A DNA stretch of 64,000 bases from Catajapyx aquilonaris. Lineage: Eukaryota. Location of the stretch: contig JYFJ02001604.1 of assembly GCA_000934665.2 (NCBI GenBank), positions 1 to 64,000 of the forward strand, in the 5' to 3' direction. The position numbers and the translations under genes were made by a program. Positions 13,241 through 26,513 of this stretch are shown piece after piece (position 1 is the stretch's first letter; every line of letters starts with the position of its first letter). The notes below the pieces were generated by a model. That model made no database searches and had not been told where the DNA came from. It saw only the letters and a program-made list of their open reading frames with translations.

Positions 13241-14178
13241 TGTCACGAGGTCAAATTCAAGAGGCCCCAAAAGCAGAGAGTGACGTACTAAGGTGCAATT
13301 TAAAGAGAGAATTTATTCTCAAAAATAAACAGCTGTTCAGGAAAAGAAAGGACCAAGTCCGCAAAAATTAAAGGTTCACAATAAATTGGGATGTGGAAAA
13401 TGGACGGCTAGGAAGGTCAGATTAACAATCATAACAATCCTGAACAAAATATCCAAATCATGTTTACAACCAGAGTCATAACCAACACACTTGGCACTCA
13501 TGGAAATAACACTCCACACTCACTTTCACTTTCCACGCCCGCTTCACGCCCCACTAGCACGGAGCAACAAGGAAGCGCAGGCCCAAAAAAAAGGTATGCA
13601 CTGGCGCAATTAAACCACACGCACCGTAACACACATACGTTCAATAGAAGATCGAGGTCTGGAATTCCTGAGTCGAGCAATCACTCCGGTGAGACGACAA
13701 CTCCTAGTTGGCGTCCAAGAAGTCCAGAGTACAACTTCACTAGTGTTATAAAACACAGGCATATACCGCCTACTTCACCACTGTCGTTGAACACAGGCTT
13801 CTACAGCCTACAGTGTCAAACAGTGCGACACGTCCCCAATAAAAAGGGGAAGAGAGGGAAGGCAAAGGAAACGACCGTGTACAATTTTACCACGGCCTCC
13901 GAACCTTCAAACAACTGGCAAGTAACGGGAATCCACCCGTACCACAGCAACTCCCCAAAAATTACGTACAAGTACCTTTCACTCGTACAACCCAAAGGGG
14001 GGGAAAGTAGCAAGTCACCCAGCGTACACAGAGCATACCAGCTCCGCTGAGGAGACGCCACATACTAGCTACGCAGGGCCAGAAAAACTCTTCAAGAAAA
14101 AAAAATCCTAGCGACTAAGCAATTCCATTTTACAAGCCGAGTCCGTGAGACAGGCCAGTCCAAAAGTCACACGTGACA
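13241..14178 (-). mobile_element. Solo LTR
   Basis: TGTCACG...CGTGACA termini; 5-bp TSD ATCCG (13236-13240 / 14179-14183); AATAAA on the minus strand at ~13312; no internal domain. Confidence 0.85.
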
Positions 14179-14865
14179 ATCCGGACATGGCAGGAAAAGT
14201 GATTTTAGGCCCTTTTGGCATTTTTTGCAGTAAAAGATAATTTTTCTATGTTTGCATGGGGATGGCTAGTTGTCAACTGCTTCTACAAACGTTTAAAATG
14301 TAAGTCTATTTAAATTGTACAATTAAAATTTAAAATTAAAATTTCGATTTTTACTTATTCTCATTTGTCACATTTTTTCAAATGTTTCATTTATTGAGGT
14401 ACGGTATCTTAATTGTAAAATGTGAAATGTAAAATATATCGCAGTAAAATGAGGGGGATACCTGCATATTAATAATAATCGAGTTAGTTATGAAAATACA
14501 GGCAAAACTTTTGCCACGGACGAAGTCTGTTGTATACTTACGTTTCTTGCATAGAAAAGATACTTTACATGATGTACTTATACAGTACTTAGAGTAGATT
14601 TTTAATAACCAACATAATATATTAAGTTATATTGACCTTATTATTCCGTTCTGTACAAAGGTTAATGTATGAGAATGAAGTTTAATACAATCACATGTAA
14701 GAACACAAGAGTTGTGTGATGTACACTAGTATTAGCCTCATCATGAATGGTGTTCCGTAACAACGACAAACATCTTTTATGAGGTCCTGTAGAGACGCAA
14801 CTTGGTCTTCAAAGCCTCACGACAGACATAATTAGCTGAACACATATGGGGCGCGTTTAAAATTC

Positions 14866-15048
14866 TGTGTCCTTTGGGAGTGACAATATGCTATTAGTGA
14901 AGAGATCCGCAACATAAATAAAACAGAAATAATTATAAATTTTAATGGTCACGTATGGTCACCACGGTGACCATTAAAATTTACATTTATTTATGTTTTA
15001 TTTATGTTGCGGATCTCTTCACTAATAGCGTATCACTCCCAAAGGACA
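14866..15048. repeat. Palindromic MITE-like hairpin
   Basis: TGTCCTTTGGGAGTGA..GCTATTAGTGAAGAGATCCGCAACATAAATAAAACA is inverted at ~14990-15048. Confidence 0.7.
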
Positions 15049-15186
15049 TGAACCATCTAAAATCAAGAAAAATGATCGTCCTGTCCCCAGATCCCTGGGC
15101 ATTCTCAACATACCGAGCTGACTTTCGTCAACACAACACAGAGCACAAGCCAATAATAGGAACATTACGTTGTTGTGGAGTTAATA

Positions 15187-15680
15187 CAGGGTGATTCTCC
15201 CGAATGGAAACCCAAACATTCCTCAATAACTTTTTAACTATGGTATGGTTCTCGATGAAAACAAGGTCTGACTAAAGAATATACCAAAAGTGGTCCCCTC
15301 CAGCATCCAAGAATTTTTTAATTCGAGTCTGCATATTGCCGAAGACTCCTGCAGATGGCCGGCGGGAATGGCTCAACTCCCGCCCACCCGCCTGCTTGGT
15401 GAGAGGGGATCGCAAGGACACGGTCCCGTTGCCTTGAGATGCCCTCTCACCAAGCAGGCGGGCGGGTGGGAATGGATGGGATCGCCGCCTTCAGTCAGAT
15501 AAGACACGCCGTGAGAAACATTTCCCTGGACATGCTGGAACGCTTTATGAAGGGTTTCGTCCAGCGTTTGGAGGAATATGTGTTGCCCGCAAAGGTGGAC
15601 ATCTATCCGGTATTGTTTTCAAGAAGTGACTTTTTTGGACCTTGATCCATAAATGACATATCTTTCTCTGTGTAGTGCAA
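15187..15680 (+). mobile_element. Tc1/mariner derivative (family D left end) with transposase C-terminal remnant
   Basis: TA|CAGGGTGATTCTCCCGAA left end shared with 27329-28367; IRHAVRNISLDMLERFMKGFVQRL..KGGH resembles the Tc1/mariner C-terminus. Confidence 0.6.
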
Positions 15681-15682
15681 TT

Positions 15683-16662
15683 GAAGGGGTTAGAACCATA
15701 GTGGGCCATGTCCATATTTGGGTTAAATGCAGATTCCGCCATCTATTAGCAGAAGAGGCATTTCTCTGTCCCTACACGACATGTTGAGGCCATCCTGCCT
15801 CTGTCGTGAGATATTCAGGCTGTGCAAAAATCACTACTTTCCCTGTAGGGGAATTCATTGAGGGACATACTGGGCCATGTCCCCATGAGCCAATAGGATA
15901 GCCCCATTCTGGTCACATGGGCATGCATTCCAACATGGACGCGGACGGTGACAGGACAGCTCGAAAACGTGTCAGTTCGTCCCATTTCAGGTGCAAAATA
16001 CCGTGATTTGCAGATGTTACTGAAATATTTACCACCAAACTGCCATGACTTTTATAACAGCTCGGTTCATGATGATTAATATTGTGATTATTAAAAGATT
16101 TTCCTGTGGTGCCACCTATGATAATCTTGTTTCGTTATTAAACCATGCTAGGAACAAGTATACAGATGGATTATCCAAAAAATGACAATCATTCATAATA
16201 TTGATAAGAGCAAAAACATTCCCTTCAGTGAAAAAAAGAGAAGTAAGACCTCTGTGGCGGAATGAAAGTAGGCCTACTGAAACAAGGCAGGCGCACGTAA
16301 GACCTTCCCCAATAGATTTAAGCTGTACCAAAGGCCTTACTCAAGCAATTCTCAATTTACTGCTCATATTGATATGTTATTTTCCATTCTAGGTTGTCAT
16401 TTCTTTCTGCTGAGAACCAAAGTGGTCCATGTCCAAACACTGTTTTTTCCGATCTCATGAATTCAGGTTATTTTGTGGATGCCACACAAGGTTCTACAAC
16501 TTGATCAAAATAGAATCAGAGGCACATAACTATGGCGAATGCAATGATGTATGTATTTTGAAGTAAACCTGCCCAGTGATTTATAGTGATGTGGGAACTT
16601 TAGGCCACAATTTCTCAAAACTCCTCCAAGTGGACATGGCCCACTATGGTTCTAACCCCTTC
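15683..16662. mobile_element. Non-autonomous DNA transposon, possibly Sola1-like
   Basis: Perfect ~32-bp TIR GAAGGGGTTAGAACCATAGTGGGCCATGTCCA; flanks AATT / TATT (AWWT-like 4-bp target); internal GGGCCATGTCC repeats. Confidence 0.7.
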
Positions 16663-18666
16663 TATTGTTAAAAAATATAATCGTTCGTTACTTACGCCAT
16701 GCTGCGTTGTTTAAACCCGCCCATGACTTTTGGCCCACCCTGTATTATCATAATGCATTGGCTCGTCCACTGTGTATTACTCTAACAGTTTGTCGATGTT
16801 ATAGGAAAACACAATGTATACTATATAAGTTTTACGTTAAGTACAGAAACAATACAAGATCCTTTTATACTACCGATGCATACCTATATGACTAGTATTG
16901 TACCAGTGGTGTTTCAAATATGCCAAGTCAAGTGTTTATCCTGCAATAAACAAAAAAAAAATACTCGACCACATCATCACTGTTACAGGAGTCATCATCG
17001 TGCAATGGTGAACTTTAGTGCCTCCCTATAATGTAATTTTAAATGAGAAAATATGACTGTGTAAAATATGTGGAAAGATTATAAAGAACCCATGCTTACT
17101 ATACGTCTCCATTCCAACATTTGGTTACATGGACTATATGCAGAATTTACTGGTGGACAAACTTGCAATCTTGATCCACTTAATTGATGAAGTCATTTAT
17201 GAAACTGAATATACAAATAAATATTAAAACATAAAGCAAGGCAGAAAGAGCCGTTATGATGAATAAGTTGGCTCAAGATCGGATCCATTCTTAGTCGGTC
17301 TTTTTGCCACGACCATTAGCGCTCGGGACGCCAGTCTTCAAAAGAGAACTAATTCCCGGAAATTAATTTAATTACGGATTTAGCAACGGCTAATGACGTT
17401 GCTAATTCGCGTTTCTTCCAAAGCCCATACCGTTCTCCCTCATCCCCGTCTCTCTCGGGAAGGATGGTTCCCATGCCTCAAGCGAGTGCCTTCATTCTAT
17501 TCTGAGCCGCGTATTTCCAACTCTGACGACCCAAGTAATCGGATTTAGTAGGGCCAGACGCCATTTTACCCCATTTGGACAATCCGACGAAAATCCTGTT
17601 TGAGAGGTGCAAATCCGGTTTTGCTTTATTTCTGGCACTGCCTTAGACTTGGCCCACTCTAGTACCAACTGAGTCTAGCAAATTCCTCCTTGTGGATTAG
17701 TGTCCGATAAGATATCCTTACATTGTGTGTACACACACACACACCGGTATAGCGGTCAAAACAGCTGCAATCTATAGATTTAGGTACTTAATAGCTGCGC
17801 GATTTCTTAAAAATAGTTTGTCATAACAGTCAATCATTATTCCAGAAAGGTGTGCCATGCCCCAGTCCATTTTTTAGATATCAATCACTCATTGGTTGCA
17901 ACAAAATGTAACCATCAGCACTGTCATTTTAAAATGATGTTTTGGTTTACTGTATCACATCAGTGTAGAGCATAACAGTGACATATTTGTGAATCTGATG
18001 TCATATTGATGTTTTGAAAGTTAACTAATTATTCACAGATACTTTTATTGTGTAGTGATCAAAAAGCTATAGTTACTCCATTATACAAATTAATTAACAT
18101 ACCAAACCAATGCAATTCTGTAATAATGCATATCGTCCGGTAGTTTTTCAAAATAACATTTCATACACTTCAGACATTATACTCTGTTTTCTTACAACCC
18201 CAAGCAATACTCGCCCTCTCGTTATGACTCGTATCAAAAAAAGGTTAAGTACTTATGGAAGGCATCAATAACACGAGCTGATGATCATTGATTTTTCAGC
18301 CACCCTTGTCGATATTTCACCCTCCCTTCAGAGAAGCGAACTGCAAGGATTAATTAATATTAACAGGAAGGGAATCCCAACAGTGATTGATGGCCTGTTT
18401 TTCGGGTGCGGTCATTGAGGTTTTTTCTCCAGATTTTTTATACAGCAGCAAAGTAGCAACCTTTCTCAAATGCTTCGCTTTTCCCGTCTAAACATTGATT
18501 TTTCTGATGCGTTTTCATATAAAAAATATATTTCCCTTACAATAGGCAGTTTTTGCTTTTTTGTCATGTTAGATGACCTGAGATATCGTGCAAAAAGTCA
18601 AATTTATGACTTTCATCGAGCCATTTTTAATAAACACTAACTTGCTTCACAATATGTTACAGAATA

Positions 18667-18830
18667 GAGGGTGTCCCAAGTTCGTGGGATATTTTTAGTT
18701 ATCACTAATATCACCCAAAGTAGTTATTTTTGTGTATCTACAAGTAGTTGTGGCCCGATCCAGGTGCCCCATTACTCCCAGGTGGTCGAATATAGCAGCT
18801 TCAAAAGGACCCACGAACTTTACTACCCTG
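18667..18830. mobile_element. MITE family A, degraded copy
   Basis: GAGGGTGTCCCAAGTTCGTGGG ... CCCACGAACTT..ACCCTG; homologous to 1613-1814. Confidence 0.7.
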
Positions 18831-19704
18831 TGCACAGGGGGGCCTAACAAGGATGAACCACTGCTTACAAAAAACAGCTTATTTATCTGATTTTAGTAAA
18901 CATCAATTTTGGAAATAATTGTAATGTAATTTTGACACATGATTGATATACCGTACGCGATCGAGTAAATAGCCGTCGACCACTGCTATTTTTTTGCTAA
19001 CACGAGGAATGGTTAGTGGCTATTTTGTAGTGTTATCCTTATGTCGAGCAGAAGTTATCTGTCGATACGTCAAGTGGTGGATGGTCAATGAGTAACGAAT
19101 ATGGGTATACTTTCAAGTGTTAATTTGGTAATGGTGAATACGTCGGTTACCATGGCTTTAGAAGGTGGACATTGTTCAAAGGGAAGGAAGGTGTGGAAGG
19201 GAGCCCAGAATACTCACGGCCAGGGTAAGGCCCAAGGCCTCACCCTGACGAAGATACGTCACAGCTAGGTGTGCTGATGGGTGTTTAGAATGGCAGAGTG
19301 ACTCCTCTGCTGATCTGATTCTCAACTGAATCTCTGACCGACAGACTCACTTCGTGAGTCGTTTAAATACTGGCTCTGGATGGCACAAGCCGCACAACCT
19401 GGGGCTGGCATCCAGAAGCACAGCGAATAATTTGGAGAGCAAAAAGCTAATAATATAATTTGATGTGACAATCCCATCCCGCTGACAACACTAAAAGGAC
19501 GGCCGGATTGGAATGGTGGTGTATCAGCCCACTACATCTGGAGGGATCAGAGACCATCCGTAGGTGTTGGGTAATAATGAAAAGGAAACATAGGATAGAT
19601 GGATAGATCAATATTTTATTCTCCAAAGTCTTCTGATTTCCACAACTTACAAAAACTATGCACGGGTGAAGTTGGGTGAAAATAGGATTTTGCTCTTTCG
19701 GAAA

Positions 19705-20392
19705 GGACATGTCTAAGGTTATCCTGAGTAGCCCCGCAACCCAGACGAAACAAAATTAGGCTCATCATGTAGTGTATATTCTATGCACCTAGTTTTACAC
19801 TAAAGCCCGCTGTGTTCGCTACTTACTGTATCTTTGATGTGGTAGGTGTTGCTATCTGGCGGCCTTAGTAGTCTTCGTTAAATGTTGCCACATGGTGCAC
19901 TGTTTGATTAATAGAATTAAATGTATGAAAAATTTATTAATGTGGTTTTTACACCGGAGTGTGCTGAACTTAGCTAGAACTCGTAGAAGGAAAGAGTCGG
20001 TCAAAATTAAGAATCTCATACGTAGGCTAGAGTATGAGATTCTTAATTTTGACCGACTCTTCCATTCTACTTAAGTCCAGCGCAGCCCGGTAGGGTCGCC
20101 ACATGTATTTTCAGATCTGACAGGCCCTCTCAAGTGAGCACCTCCCCCAAAACGCCCCGGCAGGCGATAAGAGGGACCTTATTATTCTTAGGCCATGGTC
20201 CAAACAGTTGGTGGTCAGCTGTGAGCTGTCTGAACTGATCAGCTGGTGGTGGAAGCTGAGTGATCTTGCACTATTAGAGTGGCTTGGCAGCAGCCATTTT
20301 GATCCAATTCAGTGATATGTTCCTCTCTAAAGATAATAATCATTGGGCCATGTGGGTTGCCTTTCTTAGTCAGGATAACCTTGGACAGGTCC
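19705..20392. mobile_element. DNA transposon family B copy with internal insertions
   Basis: Ends are the reverse-orientation homologues of 7424-8095; contains a palindrome at ~19983-20070. Confidence 0.75.
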
Positions 20393-21523
20393 TATGCTGA
20401 ATGACTATTGTCTTGTCGAAATACAGTATAACAACTTCCGACAAAAAATGTTCCTGAATTGAGTTTTTTTATTGGTTGGGCAATTCTTTCACCCATCAGG
20501 GTTTATCGCCTTGGACCTTTATTATTAGCTGTTGGTGTATACATAGTACATGGTACCTGTTTAGCGTATCGCCCGGGCCCACGGGATTCGAGTTCTTTTG
20601 AATTCCTACGACGAAATATCGCTAGTTGATTTTTGCGATGTCGGATTCATTATGGAGATAACAACATACATGATAATAATAGCCTACCTCTCATCCTGCT
20701 CGCCAGGCGATCCCCCAAACATTCTTCCTCCATGTGCACCTTTGGCACTACCCTGGATAACCTTACTCTTGTGCAGTGCAGTAACGTCACCGATCCATGA
20801 CATATTGCTGTAAGTTGAATTGTCTATTTTTATTGCATTTTCGATGCCGTTGCCTAGATAGGTCCAAATGTCTTGAAAAAGTACCGAGACATTGTTTTAT
20901 GGCATAAGTACAGGTAGGAAGTTCCACCTGCATGTGATGTTAAAAGGCTTCCGAAGGGGAAAAAAAGAGAAAGGCTTTTTGTATGTTTTACTTTAGGGGA
21001 AAGGGGGCCTTGGCATAGAATAGCAGAAGAGAGGAAAGCCATTCATCTTAGTAAAGTTTCAGCGCTCGCATAAATCCCTCCGACCCAAACCCATAAATCC
21101 CACTGCGAGTTGGGTCAGCGAACGAAGTTGGTTGGGGGTTGCAGATGATGGTGGGAGGTGTAGGAGTACGAGGTGTGGGTGAGTGGAAGGAAGAGGGGCT
21201 CAGAGAGAGTTGTAATCAAAGTCCAGTGGGATTGTCTTTCAACTGAACCTAGACAAACCAAAAGGGCTTGCCACATTTAAGAAACTTTTTTGGAACAGTG
21301 CATTAGTATAGTAGTTAATGTAATTAACCTAGCAGGAGATAACTTTTTTTTGCATATAGTATTTTTATTACTTTTCATTATAATATCACTTTGAATTGCT
21401 ACTTCGATGACTCAATCACGGTTTATCCTACATAATCTTCAAACGGCACTTTTTTAAATTCAGCAGTTACTTCTTAACTTGGGTCGCTCATTTTTATTTA
21501 AACCATGTTATGTGTCCGAAATA

Positions 21524-22221
21524 CAGGGTGTCCCACAAATTACGCTACCCAGAATTGCATTAATAACTGTAACACAAATGAAGATATTGCAACGGAAGTT
21601 GAACTCAAGCAACCTCAACACTTGAGAAAGGAATTGGAATGGGTCTGGCAAATGTGGGTGCTGTAATACTGACGCTGGAGCGACGAATCGGCCAGACGAC
21701 ACCTGAGCAGTGGCGCGCGGCGGATGTCCTTGCTTCCTGATCCAAACGATGTGGAACTTTCGACTGGATATTTTCAACAGGATGGGGTGACATGCCACAC
21801 ATCACATGTCAGAATGGCCGAAATAAAGTCCTTCTTCGGCGACCAAGTCATTTCGAAGCGACTGTGGCTACCGCGGTCGCCCGATCTTACGCCACCTGAT
21901 TACTTCTCATGGGGCTTTCTGAAAGGAAGAGTGTACCGCAACAATCCACGGTCCATCCAGGCCTTGAAGGACAACATCGTCCAGGAAATTCAGGCAGTAC
22001 CGCAGGATAATAATAATTATGCTGGCCAGAAGATTCCAAAATATGTCGCGCCGTGTTGAGACCAGCCTGGCCGATAATGCTGGCCATTTCCAACACATGT
22101 TGTAATATCATTTCAAATCACACATGACAAGGTTAGTTCAGTTCAAATGTCGTTGCATTATCTTCATTTGTGTTGATGTTATGGAAGTAATTCTGGGTAG
22201 CGTAATTTGTGGGACACCCTG
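21524..22221 (+). mobile_element. Tc1/mariner internal-deletion element with transposase C-terminal fragment
   Basis: TA|CAGGGTGTCCCACAAATTACGCTACCCAGAATT TIR at both ends; ORF 21724-22059 reads YFQQDGVTCH...WLPRSPDLTPPDYFSWGFLKGRVY. Confidence 0.9.
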
Positions 22222-22390
22222 TAGCTTAACACTGGGGCGCACTGGGGGCTATTTCAGAATCTGCCCGGGCAATCTGAACAGCTATGCCCAAGTGAGTTCA
22301 CCTGAGTAACCTGGGAGACCTGAGGAGGCCGGTGATCCCAGGCACGGTGCACCGTTGAGGATACACCTTGCTCGAGTAAAGAGGGCTGCT

Positions 22391-22560
22391 TGTACAGTGT
22401 TGGTCATATATCGAGGCAACCGCCAGTGACATTTTCCGAAGCGGCAGAAGAAGGAATCGAAGATAAGCATACTTACAAGCCGGGCGAGCAAGATTCCTTC
22501 TTCTGCCGCTTCGGAAAAATGTCGCTGGCGGTTGCCTCGATATATGGCCAACACTGCACA
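22391..22560. repeat. Palindromic MITE-like hairpin
   Basis: CAGTGTTGGTCATATATCGAGGCAACCGCCAG...GAAGGAATC is inverted after a ~33-nt spacer. Confidence 0.65.
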
Positions 22561-23281
22561 GTGGGAATATGGCGTGACTGGCAAAAAACAACAACAACAA
22601 ACAAACAAAAACAACGACAACGACAAAACAAACATCCGCAGGAATGGGGTCTTTCTACCCTTGAAGGGCGTGGCCTACCAGCTCCATAAGCTCTATAAAA
22701 ATGAAATTAAAACTGCTTTGACTTCGGTAGAAATGCTCATATTAGCGAAAACACGTTTTACCATGGGCTAGAATAATGTGAAGAAAGTGGTCCCAGCGAA
22801 TATCCAAACCCCTTTTAATCTTTTAGGCCGCAACTTATAGTGCACAAGAAGGGCGAATATCCACCCACATGCGACAAGGGTTATTCACTTACATTTTTTG
22901 GCGTACGCGGACTACCACGGACTACCACCGGACTACAGTCTACGAAAGTGTACGCGGACTACCCTTAGTGAATAACCCCTTGTCCAAGGCGCATGGTATC
23001 TTTCCGGAAGATATACTGTACACTATACTAGCCTCATGAACGTGGCAACGCCGCACTTTATCGATCCACAGCTTGGACCGTGGCTGGGATTTAATGTATT
23101 ACACTTAAATAAATTTAATAATTTCTAATAGTGACCACCAAAGAAAATCAATGCATTGCTCCAATGCAATTCAAAAATTTTGATCTTATACAGTGATACT
23201 GCGATTTGTGAGGGCGATTTAAAACCTATTATTAGCTCTCCTGTAAAAGTTATAAAATGACACATTCACCTTTTCTCCTTA

Positions 23282-23695
23282 ATGCTGACGATATGACTGT
23301 ATCCAATCATTAATGATTTCAGATCAGCCCCCAGTCACTTTCACTATTGTCGCGTGAGCTTAGTTGATCTCCCCCACCGAGGGGGATTAGCCACGGTCGG
23401 CGATAGAGTTAAGTGCCGAGATGGTGGCGCCTTACCTTTCGGTCAACTCTGAACTATTTAGGTCGACACCGATAGGCTGGGGTAGTAAAGGCAGAGTCGA
23501 CCACAATGGTTCAGAGTTGGCCGCTAGGTAAGGCGCCACTATCTTGGCACTTGACTCGAGCGCCGTCCGTGGCAAACCCCCGTCGGTAGGGGAGATCAGC
23601 TAAGCTCACGGGGGTAGCAATGTATAGGGAGTGTCAGGGGGCTGATTCAGATCCTTAGAGACTCGTGCACACAAGCCCCATGTCTGTCGAAGCAT
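23282..23695 (+). other. Long imperfect GC-rich hairpin (candidate structured RNA)
   Basis: 23322-23467 pairs with 23496-23647 around a 28-nt loop, with looser pairing extending outwards; no clear TSD. Confidence 0.6.
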
Positions 23696-23730
23696 ATTTT
23701 TATCTGTGGTACACTACCAGATGTTGTATT

Positions 23731-24130
23731 TAGCCCTATGCAAAAGTTCGTGCGGTTTTTTGGGAAAATAAAAAATCTGTAAAACTTGTTGCAAAACATT
23801 CATTAATAAAAATATTGGCCATGACTTTCAATAACCCCTTGCCAACATCGGGGCAGTAGATGAATTCCCTGGTGGTAAAAGTTTCTGGGATTGGTCACAA
23901 AGAAGTCAACCACCCATTTCTCGACATCCAGCATTAGTGAGATTGGCGAAGTACTTGCCAGACAAGCCATGTTGCATGGAACGGAACAGGTGGTAATCTG
24001 AAGGGGCAATGTCTGGAGAGTACGCTGGGCGTGATAGCACCTCCCATCCCAGCTCCAGCAACGTTTTTTTCGTCCCTTTCTCCACATGAGGCCGTGAGTT
24101 ATAATGCATGAAGACCACAATGCAATTTGC
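23731..24130 (-). pseudogene. Mariner (Mos1-like) transposase C-terminal remnant plus terminus
   Basis: Minus-strand HYNSRPH...WEVLSRPAYSPDIAPSDYHLFRSMQH, then after a frameshift FYHQGIHLLPRCWQGVIESHGQY. Confidence 0.9.
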
Positions 24131-24463
24131 GAGACCCATGGCCTGTAGAGGCGCTGAAGTCGAATCCAAGATGTCCGACGGATGGGGTACTCGAGCAGGC
24201 AGGGCGTGAGCTTGGCACGAGGCAGGGAGAGCAGCAGACAAGGCTGAGCACACGCTATGTGGGCAGGGAGGGGGGAGGGGTCCACATATGGCCAGGGTGG
24301 GCCGGTGGGGCGGGCCCCGGGCCGAGGCAGATGAGGTAGCAGGTTTACCTACGCAAATGGCTAGGAGAGCGGGCGACGCGCGACACGGGGCCCAGCCGGC
24401 GTGGCTGTAGGGGAGTGGACACAAGGGGTGGATTTCACCCTAGCTGAAGGCAAAGCTACTTAT

Positions 24464-24979
24464 CCCTTTGACGCCTGAGTTTTTTTGGCCGTTTTAGACT
24501 CTTTTTGAAAAAAAAATCGAGTAGGAGTATTAATGACAAACAATATGCTCCAATATTTATGATTTCAACTCGTGGAGGTCCTTTTGAATGTAAAATGCCC
24601 CAAAAAATTATCTACAGGATGCTCCAGAAAAAATTTAAAAGTGCAATTAACTATAAACGCAATTAAATGTATTAAAATTTTTAAAGTCACTATAAAATTA
24701 TTACTATGGCTACATAATACTACTAAAACACTGTACTTTGAGAAATTCCTACGAGTCCAGACGCCGCATGTTGTCAAAAACTTTCAGGCGGGAGGGGGTA
24801 TGTTTGGCTCACGCTGGGAGGCGGAAAAACTGATTAGCATACGCCATGGTAGTTGAGCCTCCTTCCACGGGGTGGTAGGAGCAGTTTGAGCCTCAAACTG
24901 CGCCATTTTTGTGTAAACTCGAGCGCTCCCAGTTCAAAAACCAGCAGGACATCATATGATGTCCGTAGGCATCAAAGGG
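24464..24979. mobile_element. piggyBac-like MITE
   Basis: TTAT|CCCTTTGACGCCT ... AGGCATCAAAGGG|TTAA; a related right end occurs at ~12430-12468. Confidence 0.7.
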
Positions 24980-24989
24980 TTAATATGAA

Positions 24990-25545
24990 TTATGGGACTT
25001 CATAGCCTGTTAAGGCCCTCAGCCCATACACTCCTAACATTTATTCATACTAATGCAACACGTCAAAACAACTACAACAACAAACTCACTGCCACCAGAC
25101 ATCCATCATCAAGTGATACGGCCCCCATCATCCAAACATCAGGCCACCAGACATCCTCCATCATCCGGCAACCAGTCATCCATCATCAGGCATCAGGCAT
25201 CGCGCCGTCTCCTTGCAGTGGCCCCTCCTGCCCCCCGGAAGTCCCTGTTGAGGTCACTCAGCACACCATCAGCCTCCAGGCAAAAACGATTGAATGCATC
25301 ACGAATTTCAATGAAGGCACTCTTGTTACAGGGCCAACCCAGGCCCTTGGACACCGCCGCACATAGCAGTTGGCCACGTGCTCTCAAAATCTCTGGTAAT
25401 AAGCAGTCCCACAGCACATGTTCGGGGTCTTGCTTTCCCAAGCCGCACGAACATCTGGCACTCTCCTCGGCTCCTTTATGAAAAAATCTAGAGATAGGCC
25501 CGGAATGGGCCATGACCCGAGATGAAACGGGCAACGTGACCATGT
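24990..25545 (-). mobile_element. Non-LTR retrotransposon 3' remnant (R1/I-group-like)
   Basis: Minus-strand CSCGLGKQDPEHVLWDC is the C-terminal CCHC knuckle of apurinic-endonuclease-type LINE ORF2. Confidence 0.65.
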
Positions 25546-26513
25546 ACTATCAGTCCAACAAGAATTGTCGCAGCGGCAGCTCACGAACTACAATCTACGA
25601 GCACAGGGACACGAGAGACAGTAGTTCGTGCGCTGCCGCTGCGACAATTCTTGTTGGACAGCAAGGTACATGTCTCCTGATGTCCACCGCTGGCAGGAAG
25701 GCACGGCTCCAAGTCCTCCCATCCGCTTCCCAGCGAGTCTTCCACAGTTTCAAAATGTGATGCTCAATTCTCCAGTTCTACGCAGATCTGCGTTCCGGCA
25801 GGAACACCCGGCCAACTAACTGGTCCGCAGCCCGTCTTGCTTCCTCATCCGCTCGCGCATTCCCAGAAACCCCAGCGTGGCCCTTCACCCAAAACAAAGA
25901 AAACACCGCCGTGATGACCCGCTGAATACCCCTTATCCTGGCGGCCACCGTCGCGTCGTCTGCATCCTGGGATCGGCCAACGTCATGAGTGCTGACAGGG
26001 AGTCAGAGGCAAAGCTACTAAGGGAAAGTGGGGAAGAGCGGGAAGAGTTATCATATTTGGTGGAACACTGGTGGAATACCTGAAAATTGTGATATTAAAA
26101 AGGGAAACTTATTGAGAGATGGAGCTAGACGCCTGCTCAAGACTGCTGCCGAATTGCCTAGGGACACTTACCCGAGCTAACCAAATAAGGTATCGGCAGT
26201 CAGGCAAAGGTGGCCGCTTTGTCTGTGCCGAGGGGTAAATCACTCGGAAGTTGAGCGTACAACGGACTTGAAGAGTGATTTACCCTTCGTCGTCTGCCGG
26301 CAGCAAGTGTCGTAGTGTCGGCCGGATTTTACGCCGTGAGTAGGCCTACCCAGCATGGCCGACATGTAACAGGGGGTCCACATGCGATCCCGGATTATCG
26401 GGGGAAAGGCTGGGTGAGGTCTACTTTCGACTTCTAGCTCCGGTTCGAATAGGAGCCATGTCCCACTTACACCTCCTCCCGAGCAGGCGTAGAGATCCGC
26501 CCGGTTGTAAGTA

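Larger units (their letters stand above)
9720..14330 (-). mobile_element. Partial copy of DNA transposon family C, interrupted by nested insertions
   Basis: 9780-10304, 13229-13240 and 14184-14300 together are the reverse complement of ~29200-29870; removing the inserts restores ...GCTTTAAAATAAGATCCGGACA.... Confidence 0.75.

Noticed and set aside
13460..14050. 196-aa ORF
   Set aside because: It lies within a solo LTR, is low complexity and has no recognisable domain.
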